A DNA stretch of 64,000 bases from Thermodesulfobacteriota bacterium (lineage in GTDB: Bacteria > Desulfobacterota_D > UBA1144). A program made the position numbers and the translations under genes. The stretch lies in assembly GCA_029246845.1 (NCBI GenBank), contig JAQWMJ010000006.1, forward strand, positions 39,273-103,272, written 5' to 3'. This document shows, piece by piece, positions 40,651 through 49,499 of this stretch (position 1 is the stretch's first letter; the number at the start of each line of letters is the position of its first letter). The notes beneath the pieces were generated by a model. The model saw only the letters and a list, made by a program, of their open reading frames with translations. It made no database searches and had not been told where the DNA came from.

Positions 40651-42009
40651 ATGGCAATGAATGTTAAAAAGCTACCGCAAAACAATGAAGCAGAACAAGC
40701 GGTGCTTGGTTCTATTTTAATAGACCAAGAAGCTATGAATTTAGCACTTGAAGAAATTGGTGAAAACGATTTTTATGACGAAAACCATAAAAAAATATTC
40801 TCTGCTATGGTTGACTTAGACAAGGAAAGTAAGCCAATTGATATATTAACACTATATGACAAGTTGAAGTCAAAAAAATCTTTATTAAAAGAAGTTGGTG
40901 GTAGTTCATATCTTAGCCAATTAATAGAAATTGTTCCTAGCTCGTCAAATGTAGTTTTCTATGCAAAATCCGTAAGAGAGAAGTCAATATTAAGGAGCAT
41001 GATTAAGACAGCATCTGAGATTATAGATGAAGGGCAAACAGACCAAGTTGAAGTTGATGAGTTTGTTGATCAGGCCGAGAAGAAATTGTTTGAAATTAGT
41101 CAAAACAAAAAGAGGTCTGGCTTTGTTTCAACTGCTGAACTTGCAACAGAAACTATAAAAATAATTGAAACTTTAACAACAAGAAAAATGGCTATTACTG
41201 GGATTGCCAGTGGCTTTAAAAAGTTGGACAAAATGACTGCTGGTTTCCAAAATTCTGATTTAATCATAATTGCAGCAAGGCCCGGTATGGGTAAAACCTC
41301 CTTTAGTTTAAATATTGTTATGCATGCAGGCTTAGTTCATGGACTTAAGGTAGGTTTTTTCTCTCTAGAGATGGCGAAAGAACAGCTAATGATGAGAATG
41401 CTTTCTGCAAAATCTAAGCTAAATTTTGGCAAAATTAGAACAGGGTTTCTATCAGATTCCGAGTTTCAAAAAACTGTTGCTGCTGCAGAATCTTTACAAA
41501 GAGCGAATATATTTATAGATGATACACCTGCTCTTACCTCTCTGGACCTAAGGTCCAGAACAAGGCGTCTAAAGAGCGACAAAGGTATAGATATTTTAGT
41601 TGTTGATTATCTTCAATTAATGCGGGGCTCTTCCAGAACAGATAATCGCGAAAGAGAAATTGCTGAGATTTCTTTGTCTCTTAAAGCCCTTGCTAAGGAA
41701 CTACAAATCCCTATTATTGCCATTTCTCAGCTTAGCAGACAAACTGAAGCCAGGACAGATAAGAAACCACAGCTTTCAGATCTAAGAGAAAGTGGTGCGC
41801 TAGAACAAGATGCTGATATGGTAATTTTTCTTCATCGTGCCGACGCCTATAAAAGAATCGCTGACGAAAGAGACGGTTTAGCCGAGGTTATTATTGGTAA
41901 ACAACGTAACGGTCCGACTGGAACAGTTTCTTTGGCCTTCCTAGATACACAAGGAGTTCCTAGCTTTGAGAATCTTGCGGATGAATACACAGAGGAACCT
42001 AGGGACTAG
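40651..42009 (+). CDS. dnaB: Replicative DNA helicase
   Basis: EAEQAVLG, AARPGMGKT, FSLEM, VDYLQLM, LSDLRESGALEQDAD and KQRNGPTG motifs. Confidence 0.99.
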   Translation: MAMNVKKLPQNNEAEQAVLGSILIDQEAMNLALEEIGENDFYDENHKKIFSAMVDLDKESKPIDILTLYDKLKSKKSLLKEVGGSSYLSQLIEIVPSSSNVVFYAKSVREKSILRSMIKTASEIIDEGQTDQVEVDEFVDQAEKKLFEISQNKKRSGFVSTAELATETIKIIETLTTRKMAITGIASGFKKLDKMTAGFQNSDLIIIAARPGMGKTSFSLNIVMHAGLVHGLKVGFFSLEMAKEQLMMRMLSAKSKLNFGKIRTGFLSDSEFQKTVAAAESLQRANIFIDDTPALTSLDLRSRTRRLKSDKGIDILVVDYLQLMRGSSRTDNREREIAEISLSLKALAKELQIPIIAISQLSRQTEARTDKKPQLSDLRESGALEQDADMVIFLHRADAYKRIADERDGLAEVIIGKQRNGPTGTVSLAFLDTQGVPSFENLADEYTEEPRD

Positions 42010-42011
42010 AT

Positions 42012-42770
42012 CTAAAGTGATATAGATACAGGGCAATGGTCAGAGCCAAACACATCGTTGTGAATTTGAGCATCCTTAATCTTGTCAATTTGTGAAACCC
42101 AAAAATAATCAATTCTCCAACCCGCATTGTTTTGCCTAGCATTCCTCATATATGTCCACCATGAATATTTGACCTCATCTGGATAAAAATATCTAAAAGT
42201 GTCAACAAATCCTTTTTTTTGAAATTTATCCAACCAATCTCTTTCTATCCGAAGGAAGCCAGAAGTATTTTCGTTAGGCTTAGGGTGCCTTAGGTCAATC
42301 TCGTTGTGTGCAATATTATAGTCTCCACATATTATGATATTTTTCTTCTTTCTTTTTAACTTTAAAAACATGTCGTAGGCTGCGTCATGAAACCTAAACT
42401 TATAATCAAGCCTAATATCATTCATTTGACCATTAGGAAAATAAAAATTAAGCAAAATAAACTTGTCATATTCGGCTATTAGGGTTCTTCCTTCATCATC
42501 CAAGTCCTGATCAGAATCAAGGGTTGTTGAAACATTACGAGGCTCCTCCTTGGTGTATATGGCAACACCTGAGTATCCCTTTTTGTATTTAGGAGAATCA
42601 AAAATAGATAAATATCCAGGTATTTTAAGCAAATCGTCTCCTAATTGCTCAACGTGTGCCTTAGTTTCTTGAAGACATAATATGTCTGGAGAATAATCTG
42701 AAATGAAATTTAAGAATCCCTTCTTCTTTACAGCTCTAATTCCGTTTACATTCCAAGAAAATATATTCAT
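42012..42770 (-). CDS. xth: Exodeoxyribonuclease III / AP endonuclease
   Basis: SWNVNGIRA, LCLQETK, GDYNIAH, GWRIDYF and GSDHCP motifs. Confidence 0.96.
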   Translation of the reverse strand: MNIFSWNVNGIRAVKKKGFLNFISDYSPDILCLQETKAHVEQLGDDLLKIPGYLSIFDSPKYKKGYSGVAIYTKEEPRNVSTTLDSDQDLDDEGRTLIAEYDKFILLNFYFPNGQMNDIRLDYKFRFHDAAYDMFLKLKRKKKNIIICGDYNIAHNEIDLRHPKPNENTSGFLRIERDWLDKFQKKGFVDTFRYFYPDEVKYSWWTYMRNARQNNAGWRIDYFWVSQIDKIKDAQIHNDVFGSDHCPVSISL

Positions 42771-42818
42771 AAAATTAGTTTATAATAATTCTTCCCATCA
42801 TGTTAGTGGAAATTATAT

Positions 42819-43442
42819 ATGAAATTTATTATTGTACCTTTTAAAAACTTTAAATCAGCTAAAACACGCATGAGAAAAGACTTGTCCGGTCAGGAAACTG
42901 AAAAAATTGTTGAAAAAATGCTCATTCATGTTTTACAAGAAGTTTCAAAGTCACAAATGTCAGACGAAAACTTTATCATTACAAATGACAAAAAAGCTAT
43001 AAGCATTGCAGCTAAAATTGGAATCAAAATAATTGAGGAAGAAAAGCAGCTTAGTGAAAGTGTTTCAATTGATTTTGCGTCAAAAATTCTAAAAGAAAAA
43101 GGTGCGACGAGCGTCTTAAGAATTCCGGGTGATTTGCCACTTTTAAGCTTCAAAGATATTGATTATATTTTTAAGAAAGCCATGGAACACAACTCCTGTA
43201 TAGTAGTCCCCTCCAAAAGTGGTAGTGGCACCAACGCAATGCTTAGAACACCACCGGATATTATTCAATCATTTTTTGGAGAAAACAGTTTGCAAAAACA
43301 TATTAAAGAGTTTGAAGATAAAAAAGTCCAATATAAGATTTTAGAAAATGAAAATATTGGACTTGATATAGACTGTCTGAATGACCTTAAACACTTTCGC
43401 GAAAGTCACTCCAACAATAGTAAACATAGTCCTATTGGCTGA
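42819..43442 (+). CDS. cofC: F420 biosynthesis guanylyltransferase CofC/FbiD
   Basis: IVPFK....AKTR, GDLPLL, GTNAML, FGENS...H and LDID...DL motifs. Confidence 0.88.
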   Translation: MKFIIVPFKNFKSAKTRMRKDLSGQETEKIVEKMLIHVLQEVSKSQMSDENFIITNDKKAISIAAKIGIKIIEEEKQLSESVSIDFASKILKEKGATSVLRIPGDLPLLSFKDIDYIFKKAMEHNSCIVVPSKSGSGTNAMLRTPPDIIQSFFGENSLQKHIKEFEDKKVQYKILENENIGLDIDCLNDLKHFRESHSNNSKHSPIG

Positions 43443-43740
43443 TTACTGCTAAAATGTCTCTTTCTTCGAGGACCATAAGGTCTTTGTTCTCAATATTAAC
43501 CTCTGCTCCACCAAACTTACTAAAAAGAACTTTGTCGCCTTTTTTAACTGTTAGCGGAGTAACATTTCCTTTCTGATCAGCTCTTCCAGACCCAACAGCA
43601 ACAACTGTTGCCTCAAGTGGCTTTTCTTGAGAACTATCAGGAATGATAATACCGCCCTGTGTTGTACTTTCAGCCTCGTTTCTTTCAACTAAAACAAACG
43701 CTCCCAAAGGTCTTACAGTTTTTTTCTTAGATTTACCCAT
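43432..43740 (-). CDS. groES: Co-chaperonin GroES (no adjacent groEL)
   Basis: RPL...VLV...E..T.GGIIIPD...EKP....VVAVGSG and VK.GDKVLF.K..G motifs. Confidence 0.94.
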   Translation of the reverse strand: MGKSKKKTVRPLGAFVLVERNEAESTTQGGIIIPDSSQEKPLEATVVAVGSGRADQKGNVTPLTVKKGDKVLFSKFGGAEVNIENKDLMVLEERDILAVISQ

Positions 43741-43805
43741 TATAAACTCCCCTTAAACTTTAACTTACTTATAAAGTAATCATGTTTATTGAACATTCAA
43801 GTCAA

Positions 43806-44459
43806 TTAAATAAATTTAATTGAAAATTCATGTTTATGCTTCTTGTTCATATTTATTATCAATGGAGTAATAGCCTCTATCATTGAAGAAATTTCGAGTG
43901 GTCCAGCATCTATAGCTTTAAGACTTGGCATTTCTTCAGTTAACTTTGAAACTATTGCTTTGGCTTCATCATCATTACCACAAATAACAACATCATAGTC
44001 TAGGGGTTTTTGAAAATTAGCCAAACCTTTTGCAGGAATATTGTGATAAGCACTTACGACTCTTACTGAATCTGGTAACACGTTTTGAATATCAATAGCT
44101 GCGGATCCAGAATCTGGTGGATCATAAGAAACAACTTTTCCAAACTTCATAGGGACAACTGGCGAGATCACAATTTGATTTGTGAAAGAGCTGGAAATAC
44201 CTTCCAAGGTTGATTTTGTGTATTCAGGAGGCAAACATACAACGACTACTTCGCTTGCTTTTGCAGCCTCTCCGTTTTCCATACCGAGTATACTTTTATC
44301 AACACCTTGCTCTTTTGCTTTCTCATTTATCTCCGCTGCAGCAGTGTCTGCTTTTTCTTGGGTTCTAGAACCTATTAAAACTTCGTGGCCTGCTTTGGCC
44401 CACCTTATTACAAGACCTTCAGCAAAAGACCCTGTTCCACCTAATAAACTGATTTTCAT
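43806..44459 (-). CDS. npdG: F420H2:NADP+ oxidoreductase (Fno/NpdG)
   Basis: KI.LLGGTG...GL..RWAKAGHEV.IGSR..EKA, VVSAYHNI and DAGPL..S..IE..TPL motifs. Confidence 0.88.
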   Translation of the reverse strand: MKISLLGGTGSFAEGLVIRWAKAGHEVLIGSRTQEKADTAAAEINEKAKEQGVDKSILGMENGEAAKASEVVVVCLPPEYTKSTLEGISSSFTNQIVISPVVPMKFGKVVSYDPPDSGSAAIDIQNVLPDSVRVVSAYHNIPAKGLANFQKPLDYDVVICGNDDEAKAIVSKLTEEMPSLKAIDAGPLEISSMIEAITPLIINMNKKHKHEFSIKFI

Positions 44460-44494
44460 TTAATTCTCCTTTAATCAAATTATGATTGGAAATA

Positions 44495-44755
44495 TTATAA
44501 CAGTTTTTTTAAAACTAGGTTAAGTTTGTTAGAAGAGCAGTCTAGCTCTAGGGTTTTAACCTTTGATTTAAGGCCACCAACAATAGTTATTTTAGACTTT
44601 GGTATTCCTATGAATTCCGAAAGTATCTTAATCAATTCGAGGTTGGACTCACCCTTATGTGGAATTGCTGCTACTTTTACTGATAAAACACCTAGTTCAA
44701 AACTCAAAACCTCTGACTTTTTTGACCTTGGTTTAACTGATACTAAAATTCTCAA
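44495..44755 (-). CDS. DUF167 / YggU family protein
   Basis: VKPRSKK, V.A.P.KG..N.EL and G.KS..K motifs; part of the yggS-proC-yggT cluster. Confidence 0.88.
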   Translation of the reverse strand: MRILVSVKPRSKKSEVLSFELGVLSVKVAAIPHKGESNLELIKILSEFIGIPKSKITIVGGLKSKVKTLELDCSSNKLNLVLKKLL

Positions 44756-44757
44756 AT

Positions 44758-45048
44758 TTAGAAGGTATAGGCAAGCTGAACCAACGATTTAACCAAAAAG
44801 CTTTTTAAAAATTCTACTGCTAATAAAACAACAATAGGTGAAATATCTATTCCACCGAGATTTGGCATAGCATTTCGTACTATTGACAAAACCGGCTCCG
44901 TTATTCTATATAGAAATTGAAACAAAGTATTGTAAGGATCAGGGTTAAACCATGAAATTAATGCTCGAATAATTATTAGCCATACAAAAAGAGAAAGAAT
45001 TAAGTTTAAAACGTTGGCAATAGCTAAAATTAAATTTGTAATAATCAT
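44758..45048 (-). CDS. yggT: YggT family membrane protein
   Basis: RALISWFNPDPYN, ITEPVL and GGIDISP motifs. Confidence 0.93.
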   Translation of the reverse strand: MIITNLILAIANVLNLILSLFVWLIIIRALISWFNPDPYNTLFQFLYRITEPVLSIVRNAMPNLGGIDISPIVVLLAVEFLKSFLVKSLVQLAYTF

Positions 45049-45049
45049 A

Positions 45050-45865
45050 TCAATTTTTATTCATAATTAGCTTATCACTAATTTTTGCCGATTTCTTAGA
45101 TGCAGAATCTAGACATTGAACAATGATATTGGTAAATCTTTTATTTTTCAATAACTTAATACCAGCTTCAGTGGTCCCGCCTGGGGAAGAAACCAACTTA
45201 ACAAATTTCTGTGGGGACACTTTGGTTGTATTCAAATATGTCACTGCACCAAGAATGGTTTCAAAAATTATCTCTCTTACCATCACTTCACCTAAATTTT
45301 TAGATTTACCGTAAGCGAGTTGGGCTGCAATGTATTCTGCTAAAAATGCAGGCCCAGAACCGCTTATAGCCGTGATATAGTCAAAATCTTTTTCTGCTTT
45401 TAGCTCAAATGCTTTTCCGGTTGTCTCTATTAAACTTAAAAAAGCTTTGCGATCCTTATTGGTGCAATGCCTGTTAGCCTTGAAACCAATAACGCCCCTT
45501 AATATAAGGCAGGATAAATTCGGCATTGTTCTTATAACTTTTTTCTTTGGTCCTATTAGTTTTTGAATAAAAGATGTTTTTACACCAGCTGCTATTGAAA
45601 CAAGAATCTTTCTGGAATTTAACTTCTTCTTTGTTTCTTTTAATACTTCTGAAATCGCATCAGGTTTAACGCAAAGAAAAATAATTTCAGAATTTTCTAC
45701 AACACTAATATTTTCAGTTGTTGTTCTAACGTTTTTAAGAGCCCTTAGCGGTTTTAATCTTTTAGTGTCTACATCAGAACAAATAACCTTGTGTATGCCC
45801 TGAGCTAAAAAGCCCCTAATCAAAGATGTTGCCATATTGCCTGTACCTATTATTCCAATATTCAT
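45050..45865 (-). CDS. proC: Pyrroline-5-carboxylate reductase
   Basis: IGTGNMA, LCVKP, SIAAGV, RTMPN, SGSGPA and VSSPGGTT motifs. Confidence 0.96.
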   Translation of the reverse strand: MNIGIIGTGNMATSLIRGFLAQGIHKVICSDVDTKRLKPLRALKNVRTTTENISVVENSEIIFLCVKPDAISEVLKETKKKLNSRKILVSIAAGVKTSFIQKLIGPKKKVIRTMPNLSCLILRGVIGFKANRHCTNKDRKAFLSLIETTGKAFELKAEKDFDYITAISGSGPAFLAEYIAAQLAYGKSKNLGEVMVREIIFETILGAVTYLNTTKVSPQKFVKLVSSPGGTTEAGIKLLKNKRFTNIIVQCLDSASKKSAKISDKLIMNKN

Positions 45866-46542
45866 TTAATGCGTTCTCCAAAAATCTTTGTTCCTACCCT
45901 AATTATAGTCGAACCTTCTTCTAAGGCTACCCTATAATCATTGCTCATACCCATTGATAGCTCGAGGCTGGCTCCTAAATTCTTTTCAATATCTAATGAC
46001 AAATTCTTCATTTTTCTGTAATCCATCCTGCTATATTCTGGGTCTTGTGAATATTCAGTAATTGTCATAAGTCCTTTTATCTTTAGCCTTTCCAGGATAG
46101 AAATACTCGAAGATAATTCTTGAACCTCCTCAATCCTTGCTCCACCTTTGTTTGGGTCTTCTGAAACATTAACTTGCAAAAGGATGTCTTGAAAAAGGTC
46201 TTTTTTTAAACAGAAGTCGTTAATCATTAAAGCCTTTTTAAAGGTGTCTACTGTATGAACCAAAGTGGCCTTGCCAGCGAAATATTTTATTTTATTTTGT
46301 TGGATTTGCCCTATATAGTGCCACCTTATATCTTCTTTGTTTACCATAGTTGCATTAATTTTATCACGCAACTCTTGTGCATAGTTTTCGCCAAAATCTC
46401 TTTGCCCAAGAGAATAAAGATCAAGGATATCTTCAAGCGGTTTTGTTTTAGACACCGCAACAAGGAGGGTTTTTTGGTTAAGCCTCTTTAGGTGATCATT
46501 TAGTTCCTTAACAAAATTTTGATAATTAAGCTGTGTACTCAT
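45862..46542 (-). CDS. yggS: PLP homeostasis protein YggS
   Basis: LVAVSKT, FGENYAQE, WHYIG.IQ.NK, SMGMSND and RVGTKIFG motifs. Confidence 0.96.
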   Translation of the reverse strand: MSTQLNYQNFVKELNDHLKRLNQKTLLVAVSKTKPLEDILDLYSLGQRDFGENYAQELRDKINATMVNKEDIRWHYIGQIQQNKIKYFAGKATLVHTVDTFKKALMINDFCLKKDLFQDILLQVNVSEDPNKGGARIEEVQELSSSISILERLKIKGLMTITEYSQDPEYSRMDYRKMKNLSLDIEKNLGASLELSMGMSNDYRVALEEGSTIIRVGTKIFGERIK

Positions 46543-46578
46543 AATAATTAAAGATTATTATAATATATAATCAAACAA

Positions 46579-47436
46579 ATGGGACTTACAACACAGGCAG
46601 CTTTAAAATTTGGTGAATTGGCTCTAAAAAAAGCAAATATAGTAAATTATAAAAATGAAGCTCGAGAAATACTTGAAAATCTCTTAAAAAAAACACCGGA
46701 GGAACTTTTTTTAATAAAAGAGAAGAATATAAGCGAAGCAAACAACGTGGCTTTCATAAAAAGAATTAAAAAGCGAACTAATGGAGTACCTCTGCAATAT
46801 ATAACAAAGGTGGGCCACTTTTACTCCAGAGCTTTTTATGTCTCAAAAGGAGTGTTAATACCAAGACAGGAAACTGAAATACTTGTGGAAACTGTATTAA
46901 AGACTTTTGAGGCAAGAAGTAATGTTTCATGCTTAGATATGTGCTCCGGAAGTGGTTGCATTGGCATTAGCTTAGCTTTAGAAAACAAAAATTTTAAAAG
47001 AATAATGTTGGCTGACACAAGCAAAAGAGCCCTTCTATGTTCAATGAAAAACATTAAAGCTTTTAAGGTAAAAAGAAGATGTACTGCAGTTTTATCGAAG
47101 TTTTTCTCTAACATACCAAATACAAGATTTGATATTATTTGCTCTAACCCTCCCTACATTAGTGAAAAGGAATATCCTTTGATAGAGAAACAAGTCAAGG
47201 ACTACGAACCAAGGCTTGCTTTGGTTAGCAAAGACAAGGGCCTTTTGCACATTAGAAAAATTGCACAAGGTGCCGTAGGCTTTTTAAAACAGGGTGGGCT
47301 CCTTTTTTTTGAAGTTGGACAAAATCAGTCCGAAAAAGTAAAAGAAATTTTATTGGATATTGGATACTGCGACTTGCTAACTTATAATGATTTAAATCAA
47401 ATAAAAAGGATAGTTGTAGGAAAATGGAAAAAATAG
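46579..47436 (+). CDS. prmC: Release factor glutamine methyltransferase
   Basis: PLQYI, VLIPRQETE.LVE, DMCSGSGCI, SNPPY and EP..AL motifs. Confidence 0.94.
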   Translation: MGLTTQAALKFGELALKKANIVNYKNEAREILENLLKKTPEELFLIKEKNISEANNVAFIKRIKKRTNGVPLQYITKVGHFYSRAFYVSKGVLIPRQETEILVETVLKTFEARSNVSCLDMCSGSGCIGISLALENKNFKRIMLADTSKRALLCSMKNIKAFKVKRRCTAVLSKFFSNIPNTRFDIICSNPPYISEKEYPLIEKQVKDYEPRLALVSKDKGLLHIRKIAQGAVGFLKQGGLLFFEVGQNQSEKVKEILLDIGYCDLLTYNDLNQIKRIVVGKWKK

Positions 47437-48680
47437 TAATAGAGGGTGGGCTTCCCCTTAAAGGCAAAGTAAGTATTTCGGGTTCAAAGAATTCTGCGCT
47501 ACCTATTCTTGCTGCTACCGCTGTTTTTCCTGGTTCGTACAAGTTCACGAATGTACCTGACATTCAAGACGTCAGAACAATGCTGGAGTTATTAAAAATT
47601 CTAGGTTCAAGATATACTTTTAAGAACAACAAGGTAGAGATTACTTCAACAAAATTAAGTAAACACGAAGCGCCCTATGATCTTGTTAAGACTATGCGAG
47701 CCTCTGTATTAATATGGGGGGCTCTTTTGACAAGGTTCAATAAAGCCAAAATTTCTTTCCCTGGTGGTTGCGCAATTGGAGATAGGCCTGTTGACCAACA
47801 CCTAGAAGGATTTGAATCAATTGGATACGAAACAAACATAAATTCAGGCTATCTTGAATCGGTATCGGCAGGAGAAATAGGGGGGGAATTTAATTTTAAA
47901 ATTAAAAGTGTAACTGGAACAGAAAACCTAATTTTGGCATCTATAATGGGAGACAAAGAAACAACTTTAACAAATTGTTCACTTGAACCCGAGGTTGATG
48001 ATTTAATTAAATTCCTAAACTCACTAGGAGCCACCATAAAACGTGTGAAGGAGAAGGTTACAATCACTCCTGTTCTTAGGTTAAAAAAACAAACAAAAGC
48101 CCATAAAATTATTCCTGACAGAATTGAAGCTGGCACATTTATGTACTTAGCGTGCCTACCGAAGAACGAATTAACTATAACCAACGTTGATGCTTCGACA
48201 TTAATAGATGTTATAAAAACAGTCAAGCAGCTAGGTGCAAAGGTTAAACAAACAAAAGAGTCTATTAAAATTACTGCACCAAACAAGATTAGGCCTCTAA
48301 CGGTTGAAACTAACCCCTATCCGTATTTTCCTACTGATCTTCAAGCTCAGCTAATGGCAGTACTAATACTAGGAGAAGGTTCCTCCAGAATTAGGGAGAA
48401 TGTTTTTCCTAATAGGTTTATACATGTTGCAGAGCTGCGAAAACTGGGGGCCAAAATTAAATTGAGCAATAATTTAGCAAAAATACAAGGAACAAAGGGT
48501 CTAGCGGGGGCCAAGATGCAAGCAAGTGATCTAAGAGCCAGTGCGGGACTAGTCCTTGCAGCACTAAGTGCGGTTGGACAAAGTGAAATTTTTAGAATAT
48601 ATCATCTTGATAGAGGGTACGAAGGATTAGATAATAAATTAAGAGAAGTTGGAGCGAAAATTTGCAGAGTAAGAGAGTAA
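47424..48680 (+). CDS. murA: UDP-N-acetylglucosamine 1-carboxyvinyltransferase
   Basis: SGSKNSALP, MRAS, PGGCAIG.RP, PDRIEAGT, FPTDLQ and DLRA motifs. Confidence 0.98.
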   Translation: MEKIVIEGGLPLKGKVSISGSKNSALPILAATAVFPGSYKFTNVPDIQDVRTMLELLKILGSRYTFKNNKVEITSTKLSKHEAPYDLVKTMRASVLIWGALLTRFNKAKISFPGGCAIGDRPVDQHLEGFESIGYETNINSGYLESVSAGEIGGEFNFKIKSVTGTENLILASIMGDKETTLTNCSLEPEVDDLIKFLNSLGATIKRVKEKVTITPVLRLKKQTKAHKIIPDRIEAGTFMYLACLPKNELTITNVDASTLIDVIKTVKQLGAKVKQTKESIKITAPNKIRPLTVETNPYPYFPTDLQAQLMAVLILGEGSSRIRENVFPNRFIHVAELRKLGAKIKLSNNLAKIQGTKGLAGAKMQASDLRASAGLVLAALSAVGQSEIFRIYHLDRGYEGLDNKLREVGAKICRVRE

Positions 48681-49297
48681 GAGTAGCAATTTCAAAAGGC
48701 AGAATTCTTAAAGAAGTTTGCGCATACCTTGCAAAAGTAGGGTACCCAAACGATATTGGAAAAAAGAATTCACGTGAGTTAATTTTTAATGTTAAAAATC
48801 TTCAAATTTTAGCGTGCAAACCTTCAGATGTCCCCAAATATGTTGAACTAGGTGCAGCAGATTGTGGAATTGTTGGGTCAGATTGTGTATCGGAAGCTGA
48901 ATGTGACATTTACGAGCCTATTAGTTTGCCTATTGGAAAATGTAGGATGGTTTTAGCTTGTCCAAAAAATAAAAGAATAGAACTAAAAGCTGGAATGAAT
49001 ATAAAAATTGGCACCAAATATCCCAGGATAGCGCAGAAATTCTTTTTAAAAAAAAATATAACACCGGAAATTGTTTTTCTAAATGGGTCGGTTGAGCTAG
49101 CTCCACTAACAGGGCTTGCTGACGCAATTGTGGATATAACAGAAACTGGTTCAACAATAAGAGAAAACAATTTAAAAATTGTTGAAACTATAATGGAAAT
49201 TAGTGCAAAAGTGATCGTAAACAAAACCAGCTTTAGGACGCTAAACAAAGAAATTGAAACCATCACAACGGCCCTAGTAGAAAAAATAAAAATTTAA
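48662..49297 (+). CDS. hisG: ATP phosphoribosyltransferase, short form
   Basis: A.SKGR, DVPKYVE.G.AD.GIVG.D, TKYP and GSVELAPL.GLADAIVDI.ETG.T motifs. Confidence 0.95.
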   Translation: MQSKRVRVAISKGRILKEVCAYLAKVGYPNDIGKKNSRELIFNVKNLQILACKPSDVPKYVELGAADCGIVGSDCVSEAECDIYEPISLPIGKCRMVLACPKNKRIELKAGMNIKIGTKYPRIAQKFFLKKNITPEIVFLNGSVELAPLTGLADAIVDITETGSTIRENNLKIVETIMEISAKVIVNKTSFRTLNKEIETITTALVEKIKI

Positions 49298-49460
49298 GTT
49301 TCCACAACCATTGAAAAAAAATTCAATATTACTTTTTTAATGGACGCAGTGTTAATTATTTGTTAATATTAAAAAGTGTTAATTCTTTTTTGGTCCTTAT
49401 AAGTTGCCTAAATTGTTAACATTTTTATCCACATTTATCCACATTTTGTGGATAAATATA
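49298..49460. promoter_or_regulatory. DnaA-box cluster upstream of dnaA (oriC left part / dnaA autoregulation)
   Basis: Perfect TTATCCACA at 49425-49433 and 49435-49443, inverted TGTGGATAA at 49447-49455, and near-box GTTTCCACA at 49298. Confidence 0.88.
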
Positions 49461-49499
49461 GAGTGTGGGTCATATTGACGAAACCACAGGGATACGGAA

